64,000 nucleotides of DNA from a virus, in IMG/VR virus record IMGVR_UViG_3300022602_000033; one strand, written 5' to 3'. Numbering within the stretch: the first letter of the stretch is position 1; each line of letters opens with the position of its first letter. Both the position numbers and the translations under genes were made by a program. A model generated the notes under the pieces. It was not told where the DNA came from. It made no database searches and saw only the letters and a list, made by a program, of their open reading frames with translations. Below are positions 44,393-56,300 of this stretch, piece by piece.

Positions 44393-46518
44393 GGGTCAAG
44401 CTCCAACGTGCTAATTCGTGCTTCCAGTTTCTCTATCTGACCCTGCTGTGCTTTCACAGCTTCGATCAGCAGCGCTGTGAGCTTTTCATACTGAACTGTG
44501 AGGTAGTGCTCCCCGCTCTTGCTTGTACCATCATCTGCACGATCAAAAGGTGCTAATTTTACTGCTTCTGGCAGCACAGATTTCACTTCCTGCGCTATCA
44601 CACCCACATCGCGGCTAGCTGTGTTAACCACTTGGTTATCAATTGCCAGCTGGTTCCAATCAAAGGTTATGCCTCGCAGTGACAGCAACTTATGCAAGGG
44701 ATCTTCTATCAGTTCCACGTTGGTCTTGAGGCGCTTGTCGCTGCTATATGCCGTGACCTCACCTGTAGCACTGAATCCACCTGTAACTGTCTGTCCGCTT
44801 GTCACTGTGTCTATGAGATAGCGCCATGCTTGCCAAGAGCCAGCACCACCAACATTACTAGGATTGCCACCGCGTGTCAGCAGCCTACCTGAGCCATAGT
44901 CGCCGACTATCTGCGTGATTGTGTCGGCATAGCCATGCATCACCAATACTTGACCATAATTGACACTGGGACCGTTTGCGGTTGGAATATCAAACCTATA
45001 TATACCAGACGAAGTGATGGTATTGAAATCCTGATTAGCCACATACCCATTGACAGGTATTGGGTATCCGCCTGCGGTGGTCACATTGCCGTTAGTTATA
45101 GTGATTGCGTTGGGGAACGTCACCGCAGAGCCGCTCACTTGCATGAATGCTGTGCTGTTGGTAGCAAAGCTGGCAGTGCCAGCAGTGCCGCCGCCTATGG
45201 CTTCGTTGTTGAAATAGAAATAGTTGCTGCCAGCATTCCAGATGAGGTTGCCGCCGCTATCAGCTCGCATGTAGCTCTTCTGAGTGCCGGCAAATGCAAA
45301 GTTGATGTTGGTCTGTCCGGGGCTGCTGCCATTCTGGAACTGCAGGTGATAGTTGGCATTCTGCGTGTTGTTGTTGCGAGTCACGTCCAGCTGTGCGCCA
45401 GGCGTGAACGTGCCTATGCCAACCTGTCCCTGTATGCTGGCACCGTTGGTGTTGGTCATGGGTGCGAAACCAGCGTAGTTGTTGCCTATGGCCACGGCAC
45501 CGTTGATGTCCATGGCGTTCTGCGGCTGCGTGATGGCGTTCACGCCCACCCTGTAGTTGCTGCTGGTGTAGCTCCATGCCAGTGCTGGAGATGTTGCTGC
45601 GCTGGGACCTAACCTCAGATAGCCCACAGCAGTGGCAATGCTGGGATCATAGCCCACGATGGTGCCAAATGCAGCAGTGTTGCCCACTGCCACTTCTTGG
45701 CGTGCTGCGTTGCCAGGGCGAGTGTTGAACAGTATCCAGTCAGTGCCATACACGCTGACTATGTTGGGCGGTGTGGCTGTGCCTATGCCCAGCCTCTTGT
45801 TGCTGTTGTCCCAGAAAAAGTTTGTGCTGTCGCCCAAGAACGTGTTGCCGGTGCCCGCAAACTGCACCGTGCCGGGTAGACCGTAGCTGGGGGTGCTTTG
45901 CGCAGCTGTGGTCTGCTTGGTGCCGTCAGTGAATATCACGCCGCTGGTGGTAGTGGCTGTGTTGGCCAAAACCACGTTGCCGTATATCCAGAGGTTGGCA
46001 CTGTTTGGTGTGGTGGTGATGCCCACTCCGTTGGCAGTGCCTATGCCCACTGCACCTGTGAAAGTGCTCACAGTGCCGCCCACGTTGAGGTTACCACCAA
46101 TGCCCGCACCGCCTGCGTTTATGAATGCACCTGTGGTGCTGTTGATGCTGGCATTTGACCCAGTGATCTGTAGGTTCTGGCCAAAGCGACCATAGATGTT
46201 GGCTATGAGCACGTTGGTCTGTTCTGTGCCCAGCGTGTTCACATTGCCAAACGTGGCAGTGCCGTTGCTGATCAAGCTGCTGAACACAGCCACGTTCTGC
46301 GTGGTAAAGCCCTGCCTAAAGCTTGCACTAACGTTGACGTCAAAAGGACCCAGCGGAGCAGTGGTTCCCACGCCAATCTGGTTGGTGCTGGGCACAGCAA
46401 CCATGCTGCCGCTGGCAGTCACAGTGCCACCGTTGCCGGTGATCATGATCTGGTTGGCAGGATACTGTGTGTTGTTGTCCGTGCTGGCCATGCCAGGAAA
46501 CGGGACGAAATCTACCAA
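44389..46518 (-). CDS. Tail fibre with knob domain and C-terminal intramolecular chaperone (peptidase S74); class D-like N-terminus
   Basis: TTG start after GAGGAG; DFN....G.Y...Q...R...W.AW knob; YSSDKRLK...VGVIAQEV..VLPEAV...V.YEKL..LLIEA.K. Confidence 0.85.
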   Translation of the reverse strand: MVDFVPFPGMASTDNNTQYPANQIMITGNGGTVTASGSMVAVPSTNQIGVGTTAPLGPFDVNVSASFRQGFTTQNVAVFSSLISNGTATFGNVNTLGTEQTNVLIANIYGRFGQNLQITGSNASINSTTGAFINAGGAGIGGNLNVGGTVSTFTGAVGIGTANGVGITTTPNSANLWIYGNVVLANTATTTSGVIFTDGTKQTTAAQSTPSYGLPGTVQFAGTGNTFLGDSTNFFWDNSNKRLGIGTATPPNIVSVYGTDWILFNTRPGNAARQEVAVGNTAAFGTIVGYDPSIATAVGYLRLGPSAATSPALAWSYTSSNYRVGVNAITQPQNAMDINGAVAIGNNYAGFAPMTNTNGASIQGQVGIGTFTPGAQLDVTRNNNTQNANYHLQFQNGSSPGQTNINFAFAGTQKSYMRADSGGNLIWNAGSNYFYFNNEAIGGGTAGTASFATNSTAFMQVSGSAVTFPNAITITNGNVTTAGGYPIPVNGYVANQDFNTITSSGIYRFDIPTANGPSVNYGQVLVMHGYADTITQIVGDYGSGRLLTRGGNPSNVGGAGSWQAWRYLIDTVTSGQTVTGGFSATGEVTAYSSDKRLKTNVELIEDPLHKLLSLRGITFDWNQLAIDNQVVNTASRDVGVIAQEVKSVLPEAVKLAPFDRADDGTSKSGEHYLTVQYEKLTALLIEAVKAQQGQIEKLEARISTLELDP

Positions 46519-46535
46519 AGTGCGGCTCCTCGAGG

Positions 46536-46564
46536 TTGCTGGATATTTATCCGTGGTATATACT
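46536..46564 (+). promoter_or_regulatory. sigma70-type promoter (TTGCTG-17-TATACT)
   Basis: 17-bp spacer; upstream of the AAGGAG RBS of 46584. Confidence 0.55.
46544..46549 (-). promoter_or_regulatory. Late promoter core TAAATA within inverted repeat
   Basis: GGATAAATATCC on - strand upstream of 46518. Confidence 0.65.
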
Positions 46565-46583
46565 AGTTACAAGGAGACTTATC

Positions 46584-47042
46584 ATGCACATACACCAAGT
46601 GATGACAGCAGCCAGTTACAGGATGGTTGAGGGGCGCGATTGGATCTGGGATTGGCTGGGCAAGAACTGTCGCGAGATACTGTTTGAAAGCTGGGGGCAA
46701 CATGACAATGACGAGCATTTCCCTGTGAGCGCCACCTTCAGCGCAGCCGATGGCTCAGTCAAGCAGCTCACGGTAGAGACCGGCGCAGGTTTCTATAGAT
46801 GGATAGCGCCCGATTGTCACCCAGGTTACATCTTGGCCTGTGCCGATCTGGGTGAGAAACCCTGGGCAGAACCAGACCTTACCTGGGTCCATGACGCTGA
46901 TGCCATGGTGGCCATGATAGCACCTGCGCTGCATCCTGAGCGTCGACCCAGTGACACCGATGAAAGCTATCGCTGGGACAGCGGTGATATCGACATGGAT
47001 GTTGAGCACGAAGAAACCGGCGACATCGCAGTAAATCCCTGA
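46584..47042 (+). CDS. Hypothetical acidic protein, opposite strand to the fibre locus
   Basis: AAGGAG RBS then ATG at 46584; 152 aa; charged, non-fibre composition. Confidence 0.75.
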   Translation: MHIHQVMTAASYRMVEGRDWIWDWLGKNCREILFESWGQHDNDEHFPVSATFSAADGSVKQLTVETGAGFYRWIAPDCHPGYILACADLGEKPWAEPDLTWVHDADAMVAMIAPALHPERRPSDTDESYRWDSGDIDMDVEHEETGDIAVNP

Positions 47043-47044
47043 TC

Positions 47045-50000
47045 TTAGGCCTGGGCTTCCTGCCAGCTCAAGCGAGCCTGGATGTTCTTGGAACCAGTGT
47101 CGATGTTCTGGCACACCACTGACAGCACGTCTGGTCCGTCTGGGTAAACCTGCTGACCAGCCGTGTTGTTGGTACCACCGCCCAGGATTGAGTTACCCAG
47201 ATCTCGCACGATGGTGAGATCCTGCTGTGTCACTGCGTATGCGCTACCGCCTGCTGTGGCTGCGAAGAACGCGAACACTGGTTCACCGCCTGTGATGGTG
47301 GTTCCCACTGGATGATAGGCCACCTGTGCCAGGCTTGATCCGCCTACTGGTGCAAAGTTGGTGGTGGTTGGTGCTGCGACCACACCGTTCAGTACCAGAG
47401 TCATGAGGAACAGTCCGTTGGAAGCAATGTCCATCTCGTAGGGCACCAGCTGCATGTGATTGATCAGCTCTTGCCTACCCAGCGTGCTGGTCTGACCACC
47501 CTGCACGCTCGGTCCGATGCGCAGGCTCATCAGCGCTGATCTTTGGTTCTGTCCCACTGAAATAGCACCAACCATACCCGCGATGAACACGTAGGATTTG
47601 TCGTTGTCAAACCTGCCATCCATGATAGCAGAAGTTCCCCAGTGTGCTATCTGCGGTGTGAAGAACGGTGCATGCTGCTGTATGCCAATGGGCTGCGTGG
47701 CACTATAGGTGTGAGTGGCATTGGCATTGGCCATGGCCAGCGTGCTCATGGTTATGGTACCAGTGGCAGTTGGTGCTTGGTTCAGTGTCATGGTGTTGGG
47801 TGCACCATAGACCACCTTCTGTATGTAGGTATTGCTGGGTATGCCAGTGCCTGTGACATACATGCCAGCCTGCACGTTGGTCACGCTGGTGCTGGTGGTC
47901 ACGTTGCAGTTACCACTGGTTGTGTTCACAGCAGCCACGCTGGTAGCAGTCTGACCACGTGTAGTAACGTTGAAGCTGGTAGCTGTTACTGTGTCATAGC
48001 TGACATATTCTTGGTTGTTGTAATCCTTGATCAGCAGTATGCCACCAGTTGACGGGAAGGCTGCAGTGTTGGCCACGTTCAGCGTGGTAGCACTTGCTGC
48101 AAAGGTCTGCGTGAGCTGAGTCTCAGGCACTTCGTTGTTGACCTCATAGTGGCCCGGCAAGTTGCCTGAGCGCATGTAAGACAGATACTGTATGTTGTTG
48201 TGCTGCAGCTTGTGAGCATAGTAGATCTGTCCGTCCACGGTGCGCACGCCCCAGCGCACGAAACCTGCACCGTACCAGCTGTAGTCCACATACCACATCT
48301 GTATCTTGGTCAGGTCAATGGCATAACCGCTGGGTCCTGTACCATCTAGCCTGTCTATGTTGAAGCTGCTCTGTATGATCCTGTTGTCCTGCACCTTGCT
48401 GACCTGTGCCTGGCTGATGGTCGCGCCGCGATAGGGCGGTGTTATGGTCATTGAAGTGTTGCTGAGTATCTGCAGCACACGATAGGTCTGCCCACGTATC
48501 ACTATGTAGTCGCTGGGCAGTACCTGAGTGCTGAACACCGGAGTGGTACCATCTGGACCTGTGATGCCAGTTACAACACTGGATCCCTGCGTCACTGACA
48601 CGTAGCCGCTCAGCTGTTGAGTGGCACTGCGACGCACTGCGTAGAGGTTCTGACCGTCGTATTCCCAGAACAGGCCGTTCTGCTGTTCAAACAGTCCCAT
48701 GCGTACCTTGCTGCCATACCAGCTGTTTGGACCCAGATTTGGTATGCCCGTGAGCGTGGTTGAACCCAGCGTCTGCTGAGCGTAAACGTTGATGGTGTAA
48801 GCATCGGGTGTCTGCTGCACAGTATAGGCTGCAGCATAACCACTGGTGATACCGTTGATGTTGGTAGCACCCACACCGCCAGTTACTGTTGCCGTATTGC
48901 CCACGTAGATGTTGGCACCAGCTGATAGATAATGAGGTGTCTTGGTCTTGATGGTTATCAGTGCACCGGGTGCAGTGGTGTTGGCAGTGACTGTATCAAC
49001 TGGTATCTGTGGCTTTACGATCGTGCCCGTGCTGACCTGGATGCCCTTGCCTGACTGATAGCGGAACCACCTGCGCGTCTGACGTATCACAGCCACGTTG
49101 TGCGCAACTGGATTGCCTGTGGTGAAGAACACACCGCCATCAAAAGCCCTGTGGCTGATCACCAAGTCCGTGCGTGGTATCACGTTGGCCACGTTAGATC
49201 CGCTGGCAGGTGTGGCATTGAGGTTCACCGTGACGTTGCTGTCATTGGTAAATCCTGTCACTGTCCATGATCCGTTGAATGTGGCCACGTTGCTGTTGCT
49301 TACCATGATGCCATTGCCAACCTGCATGCCGTGCGGTTGTGCGAATGCAAAGGTTGCCTGAGTGCCTGAGAAGGTTATGTTGCTCACGCTTGGATTGAGC
49401 GCATAAGCAGTCCCAGTATACAGCGCACCTTGGTACACTGTCGTAGCACTGGGATTGAGTATGCTGCCCGTGGTTCCAGTGAAAGCATATCTGGTAGTGG
49501 CTACCAAACCGTTGCCGTATTGGTTGGTGTTTTCTATCATGAAGCTGCCATTAGCACCAGCAAAGTTGGTGTCGCTGACGAACATGGGCTGACCTGCGAC
49601 TGGCAGTGATTGATTGGTGTAGCTGAATGCTGCACCACCACCTGCGTTGAGTGCGTTTGCTACCAATGTCACGCTGGTATCGCTGTTGATGACTGCCACA
49701 GAGCCGATTGGCAGTAGGCTGCTGTTAAACATGTAGAAACCAGTGTTCAGCTGCTGAGTGAACAGCGTGTTAGTACCTGTGACTGCGTTACCGCTGGTGC
49801 TTATGGTGCCTGTTCCTGCAGTGAAGCCCACGTTCACGGTGAACGTGGTGCTGCCGTTGGTGGCATTGATGTCATTGATAGGCAGAGGAGTCTGGAAGTT
49901 TACGTAGTAGCTGGGCTTGTTGTTGGTGAGGCCTATGGTCTCCCACTTGGTTGGCTGCAGGCCGTATTCAAAGTCAGTGTCGATCAGCGCCTGTGGTTCT

Positions 50001-50338
50001 GAAACACGCTGCTTGCCCACTGGATCCAGCTGCGTTTCAAACGGTGTCACATAGTCCTGCTGCTCATCAACCAGGATCTGCAGCTGGTCAGTGCTCTTGA
50101 AGCCGCTGCCCGTGGTGTTGTAGGCCACGGTGATGTTGGTGATCACGCTGCCAGGATTGGTGTTATAATCATAGGCAAATGTGGCCAGCAGGTTGGGATC
50201 GCTGAAGTTGTATATCACCGTGTTGTTGGTCACGTCCGTGATCAGCAGCAAGCGCTGCTGCGCTATGTATCCAGGTATGCTGACCAGCTTCAGAGCCGGT
50301 GTGAAGGTGTAGTATACCTGTGGTGTTACGCGACGCAT
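47045..50338 (-). CDS. Large virion structural protein (fibre/baseplate-associated)
   Basis: CAGGAG RBS; YTF.P...LLLIT.VT...IYNF.DP, RVS.PQALIDTDFEYG.Q.TKWE, RQTRR.FRYQSGKG; beta-rich. Confidence 0.75.
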   Translation of the reverse strand: MRRVTPQVYYTFTPALKLVSIPGYIAQQRLLLITDVTNNTVIYNFSDPNLLATFAYDYNTNPGSVITNITVAYNTTGSGFKSTDQLQILVDEQQDYVTPFETQLDPVGKQRVSEPQALIDTDFEYGLQPTKWETIGLTNNKPSYYVNFQTPLPINDINATNGSTTFTVNVGFTAGTGTISTSGNAVTGTNTLFTQQLNTGFYMFNSSLLPIGSVAVINSDTSVTLVANALNAGGGAAFSYTNQSLPVAGQPMFVSDTNFAGANGSFMIENTNQYGNGLVATTRYAFTGTTGSILNPSATTVYQGALYTGTAYALNPSVSNITFSGTQATFAFAQPHGMQVGNGIMVSNSNVATFNGSWTVTGFTNDSNVTVNLNATPASGSNVANVIPRTDLVISHRAFDGGVFFTTGNPVAHNVAVIRQTRRWFRYQSGKGIQVSTGTIVKPQIPVDTVTANTTAPGALITIKTKTPHYLSAGANIYVGNTATVTGGVGATNINGITSGYAAAYTVQQTPDAYTINVYAQQTLGSTTLTGIPNLGPNSWYGSKVRMGLFEQQNGLFWEYDGQNLYAVRRSATQQLSGYVSVTQGSSVVTGITGPDGTTPVFSTQVLPSDYIVIRGQTYRVLQILSNTSMTITPPYRGATISQAQVSKVQDNRIIQSSFNIDRLDGTGPSGYAIDLTKIQMWYVDYSWYGAGFVRWGVRTVDGQIYYAHKLQHNNIQYLSYMRSGNLPGHYEVNNEVPETQLTQTFAASATTLNVANTAAFPSTGGILLIKDYNNQEYVSYDTVTATSFNVTTRGQTATSVAAVNTTSGNCNVTTSTSVTNVQAGMYVTGTGIPSNTYIQKVVYGAPNTMTLNQAPTATGTITMSTLAMANANATHTYSATQPIGIQQHAPFFTPQIAHWGTSAIMDGRFDNDKSYVFIAGMVGAISVGQNQRSALMSLRIGPSVQGGQTSTLGRQELINHMQLVPYEMDIASNGLFLMTLVLNGVVAAPTTTNFAPVGGSSLAQVAYHPVGTTITGGEPVFAFFAATAGGSAYAVTQQDLTIVRDLGNSILGGGTNNTAGQQVYPDGPDVLSVVCQNIDTGSKNIQARLSWQEAQA

Positions 50339-50360
50339 TGCCTGCTCCTGTTGATTGTGA

Positions 50361-53300
50361 TCATCCGTCTGCCAGCGCTATGTTCAGCGGCTTGAACGGA
50401 TAGGTAACTGTGTTGTTGACTGGTGCGGTGTTGCTGAGCACGCGACCACTGAAATCCTGCTGCCAGCGCGGAGCGTTGGCAAACACTATGGTATGACCAT
50501 TGTTCAGTTTGTAGCCGCGTGTGAATAGTGTAACCTCGCTCAAGTCAATGTAGTCTGGGTTGGTGATGAATGGTGCCAACACAGCACCACCCACAGAGAC
50601 CAACAGCTGCTGTGGAGTAGCGATATTTATGTTGCTCGTTCCTATGTACAGATTGAAAGTTGTGGTCTGGCCATCGAACGCAGTGCTGATATCATTGAGA
50701 ACCTGCAGCTGATTCTGGCTGCTGGTGTTCTGCGTGCTGCCATCTGGGAACGTGAGTGTACCACCTATGGTGAGGTTGCTGCTGATGCTGGCTGTGCCTG
50801 TGATGGCCAAGTTACCGCCCAGCGCCAGTCCGCCGCTGGTGGTCAAGCTGCCAGTGGTGTTGATGTTGCCGTAGAAGTAGCTGGGCCCGTAATACTGGCT
50901 GGTGCCTACCACCACGAACGCATTGCTGTTGGCACTGGTGCCTATGCCCACGTTGCCGGTGAATATGTCACCAGTCCTGCGGATCACGTCGCCTATGGCA
51001 AAGGTCATGCTGCTGACCACTTCCACGTTGGTGCCTGCTAGCACACCGCTGGCCAACACCACTGTGGAACCGTCGGTGGCAGTGTAATCAGTGCCATATA
51101 TCAGCTTGATACCGTTGAGATACACGTCAACATAGGGGCTCACATAGGGGCCTTGGCTGGCAAAGGTTGTCTGTCCTGCGCTGGCCACATACAGCGCCTT
51201 GCGCTGAGTAGCCAGCTGTCCCAGCGTGCTGCCCTGTGTCCAGCCTTCGAACGTGACCAAGCTGTTCTTGAGCGGAGCGTTGGTGAACTGCACAGATGTG
51301 CCAGTGGTAGCTGTGTAATCATAACCGCTGGCCAGCTTGACACCGTTCACATAAACGTCAAGATAGCCAACCGTGTAGGTGAAGCCTGTGTTCCACACCG
51401 TGATACCTGACGTTTGCACGTTGAACACGTTGTTGCCCTGTATCTGCTGCACACCGTTGGTGTTCCAACCAGTGAGCTGAACTATGCTGTTCACAGGTGG
51501 CGCAGCGCTGAAGGTCACCGACGTACCGTTGGTTGCTGTGTAATCAATGCCGTTGGTCAGCTTGATGCCGTTGAGGTACAGATCCAGATAACCCACTGTG
51601 TAGACAAATCCAGTGTTCCACACCGTGATGCCTGATGTCTGCACGTTGAACACGTTGCTGCCTGCGATCTTGCTGCCCACGTTGGTTAGGCTGGTAGCAG
51701 GCACCGTGATGCGTATCTCAACTCGAGCATACTGCACCGCACCCACTGTGAGCACTATGTTGGTTCCAACCCAGGCATAGGTGCTGGTGCGCTGATACAC
51801 GCCGTTCACGAACACCTGCGTGAGGTTCACGCCCTGTGGACCCGGGTTGTATGGATACACTGAGAAGGTGTTCTGGCCAGCAGTGGCCGTGAACGTGAAG
51901 GTCTGCACAGCAGCATTAGGTGCGCTGGTCTGTATGGTACCATCAGCAAACACTATGCCGTTGCTGCCGCCAGTGGCGCTGTTGCCTATGTGTATGTTAC
52001 CCCAAACGTCTAGGTTATAGGCCGGAGCACTGGTGCCTATGCCCACGCTGTTGGTGTTGCCAAAGAACACCAATCCATTGCTGCCACCTAGCGCACCATT
52101 GAAGTTGTACTGTATGCTGGTGTTGGAACCACCAGGCGTGCTGCCACCGCCACCGCCGCCCATGCTGGCTGTGTACTGGTAGGTACCGTCTGGGAAGTAG
52201 ATACCCACGTTGCTGCTTGTGCCTGTGCCGCGCAGCACGATATTTCCGTACTGGTTGGTGGCACCATACACGGTCATCACGTTGCTGGTAGCACCAAGGC
52301 TGCTGGCAGTGCCTATGCCCACGTTACCAGCAAAGGTGCTGGTGGTAGCAGAGCCCACATTTAGGTTACCGCCAATGCCAGCGCCGCCAAACATCTGTAG
52401 CGCACCTGACGTGCTTGATGTGCTGGCTGTGGCATTGGTTATGGTGAGGTTGCCTATGCTGACGTTGCCGCTGAGATAGCTGGCCACGTTGACATTGCTG
52501 TAGCTGCCACCACCGCCTGCGGTTATCAAGTATGATCCGTCGGCGAAGTAGATGCCTGCTGTGCTGCCCACACCCTTCTGGATCACCAAGTTGCCGTATA
52601 GAGTTTCCGTGCCATACACAGCAAACACGTTGCTGCCCACGCCTGTGGCAGTGCTGGTGCCAATGCCCACGTTGTTGGCAAACAGGTTATAGGTACCACC
52701 AACGTTGAGATTGCCACCTATGCCCACACCACCTGTGATGACCAGAGCACCAGTGGCGGTAGAGATGCTGGTGTTGCTGCTGAGCACTGTGACATTTTGA
52801 CCAAACGCACCATACACGTTGCTGACCACGGCGTTGACAGTGGCTGTGCCTGCGGCGGTGATCAAGCTGTTGCTGATCACGCTGCTGGCCACCAAGCTGT
52901 TGCTGGCAACCACGAAGCTGAACTGTGCTGCGTTGCTGACTGTGAGATTACCGCCAACGTTTAGGTTACCACCTATGCCCGCACCGTTGGTTATCACCAA
53001 CGCACCAGTGCTGCTGCTGGTGCTGGCATTGGCACCTGCAACGATCATGTTACCGCTGAAGTTGTTCTGCTGGCCGCCTATGTTGATGTTGCCCTGTATG
53101 CCAGCACCGCCTCCCATGAGCAGCGCACCAGTGGTGGTAGACGTGCTCACTGTGGTGTTGTTGATGGTGAGGTTGCCAATCTGCACTGGTCCGCTGAGAT
53201 AGCTGGTCACGTTGGCATTGCTGTAGCTGCCACCACCGCCTGCCGTGATCAGATAGCTGCCGTCTGCAAAGTAGATACCAGCCTGTCCTGCAGTGTTCTG

Positions 53301-56300
53301 CAGCACCAAGTTACCATACAGCGTCTCTGTGCCATACACAGCAAAAACGTTGCTGTTGACGCCTGTGCTGCTGCTGGTGCCTATGCCCACTGAGTTGATG
53401 AACAGGCTGCGAGACCCGCCCACGTTTAGGTTACCGCCCATGCCCACGCCGTTGGTTACCACCAACGCGCCAGTGCTGCTGGTGGTGCTGGCATTGGTGC
53501 CATTTACCAATAGGTTGCCACCAAAGGTGTTCTGCTGACCTTGGCTGCTGATGTTGCTGGTGACGACCACGTTGCCTGCAACATAGAGGTTGCCTCCTAT
53601 GCCCGCACCATTGGTTACTATGAGGGCACCAGTGGTTGGGCTGATGCTGACGTTTGCACCATTGACCAGGAGGTTACCAGTGAAGTTGTTCTGCTGTCCA
53701 GCTGCGTTGACGTTACCACCGATACCAGCGCCACCCAACACAACCAGAGCGCCATTGTTGCTGGCAGTGCTGGCATTGGTGCTGTTGATGGTCACATTCT
53801 GACCAAACAAACCGTACACGTTGCTGGTCAAGCTGTTGACCAGCGCATAGGTACCTGCTTGTATGTAGGTGTTAGAAGTGATGCTGCTGGCTATCACAGC
53901 GCTGGTGATGTTTAGGTTAGCAGCCTGTATGTAGGTGTTGCTGACCAAGGCGTTGACAGTGGCTAATCCGCTGGTCTGCAGCGTGCCACCGTAGACATTG
54001 TTGTTGCCTATGAGTGCATTCACAGTCACAGTGCCGGCTGCTTGTATGAATCCGTTGCTGTATAGATTGCCTGCGAAAGCAGTGCCTGTGATGTTGAGGT
54101 TGGCACCCTGTATGTTGGCGTTGGCAATGAGGCTGTTGACCTGTGCCAGTCCAGTGCTGTTCAGCGTGCTGGTAGTGATATTGTTGTTGCTGATGATGCT
54201 GTTAAGCTGTGCCAGTCCACTGGTGTTCAGCGTGGCACCAAACACGTTGTTGTTGCTGATCAGAGCATTCACAGTGGCAGTGCCGATGGCCTGTATGGTA
54301 GTGTTGCTGATGAGGCTTAGAACTTGCGCAGCGCCTGTGCTATTCAGGGTAGCTGTGGTAATATTATTATTAGATATCAAGCTGTTAAGCTGCGCCAATC
54401 CCGAAGTGTTGAGCGTGGCGCCAAACACGTTATTGTTGGCTATCAACGCATTAACAGTGGCTGTTCCCGCGCTCTGTACCGTGGTATTGCTGATAATGCT
54501 GTTGAACAGGCCCGCACCACTGGTGGTGATGCTGGCCCCTGTTATGTAACCATTGCTGACCAGATTGGCTACCTGAGCCAGTCCTGATGTGTTGAGAGTA
54601 GCTCCAAACACGTTGTTATTAGCTATCAGTGCGCTAACGCTGGCTGTACCACCAGTGCTGAGTGCCGTGCTAAAGCTGCCAACTCCGCGCACATCCAGCG
54701 TGCTCAGAGGCGTGTATGTGCCCACACCCACAGATCCCTGCACAGCCAGTCCGTTGCTGGGCGGGTTGACGAAGCTGTTGTTGCCTACCCAGCTGCTGCC
54801 TATCACTGTGGTGCCATTGACTTCCAAAGGATTCTGAGGTATGGTAACCCCGCTGATGCCAACGCCAGTCTTGTTGAAGCTGATCATGCTGCTGGCAGCA
54901 CCAGTGTATTTGAGGTAACCGTAGGCAGTGCCTGCTCCGCTGGCAAAGCCCAGGGTAGCACCATCTGTGGTACCGTTGCCCACTTCTATCTGCTGATCAG
55001 CGCCATTGGTGGTGTTGAATATGGCAGGCGTGCTGCCATATACCATGAAGCTGTTGGTGAGGCCTGCAACCGTGGTGCCCACACCCAGTCTGGTGTTGAC
55101 CTTGTCGAACAGGAAGTTGGCTGTGCCACCCAGCTTGCCATTGTCGTTGAACTGCACGCTTTCATTGACACCGGCCACTGTTGCTGCGGTCTGCAAGAAC
55201 GTGCCGTCTGGGAAGTAGATGCCTGATCCGCCAGCAGCAGTGTTGCTGATAACCAAGTTACCATAGAGATTTTCAGTACCATAGATGCTGGCTGTGTTTG
55301 CCAGTCCCAGGCTTGCGGTGGTTCCTATACCTATCTTTGTGGCAAACAGGGTGTTTACCCCGCTGATATTGCCGCTGACACCTGTGGTGGTTATGCTGCC
55401 ATTGCTGGTTAGATTGCCAACTGTGACGTTACCCACTGCCTGTATGGTAGTGTTGCTGTAGATGTTGTTGCCAACTATGGTACCATTGCTGTTTAAGCTG
55501 GCAGCTGTGAACGCACCGCCTTGCACGAAGCTGTTGCTGTAGATACCTGTGCCTACTATGACACCATTGCTGTTGATCGCAGCAGCAGTCACTGTGCCCG
55601 CTGCTGTTATCAGACCATTGCTGACCATGCTGCTGGCCACCACTGCACCGTTGCTGTTTAAGCTAGCAGCAGTGAAAGCACCGCCCTGCACGAATCCGTT
55701 GGAATAGATGTTGGCACCAACTATGGTGCCATTGCTGTTTACAGCTGCAGCTACAACTGTGCCTACAGTCTGTATGATGCCGTTGCCATACAGCTGATTT
55801 AGGTACACGTTGCCGGCTGCTTGTATGGTGCTGTTAGAAGTGATCTGGCTGGCTACTATGCTGCCGTTGCTGTTGACTCCGCCCACAGTGATGTTGCCAG
55901 CTGCTTGTATGGTGCTGTTGCTCCATATCTGGCTGCCCACTATGGTACCGTTGGCATTGAGGCCGCCTGCCGTGACGTTACCGCTGGCCTGCACGGCACC
56001 GTTGCTGAAGAAGTTGCTGCCTACTATGGTGCCATTGCTGTCAATGCTGGCTGCTACCAATGCACTAGCAGTCTGTATGATGCCATTGCTGAAGATGCTG
56101 GCCGCTGTGATGGCGTTTGATGCTACCACGTAGCTGAACTGTGCACCGTTGTTGGCCACTAGGTTTCCGCCCACATAGAGATTGCCCAGTATGCCAGCGC
56201 CTGCTGCCACAGTTAGCGCACCTGTGGTAGCGCTGGTGGCAGTGTTAGAGCCACTGATGTTGACATTGCCAGTGAAGTTGCTGACCTGTCCACCAACGTT

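Noticed and set aside
11861-46518. Diversity-generating retroelement acting on the variable tips
   Set aside because: No reverse transcriptase in the window, and I saw no near-identical repeat pair differing only at adenines. Paralogs differ at all base types.
11861-46518. Shufflon or invertible tail-fibre cassette system
   Set aside because: All cassettes are co-oriented, complete genes with their own starts and RBS. No recombinase or inverted crossover sites seen.
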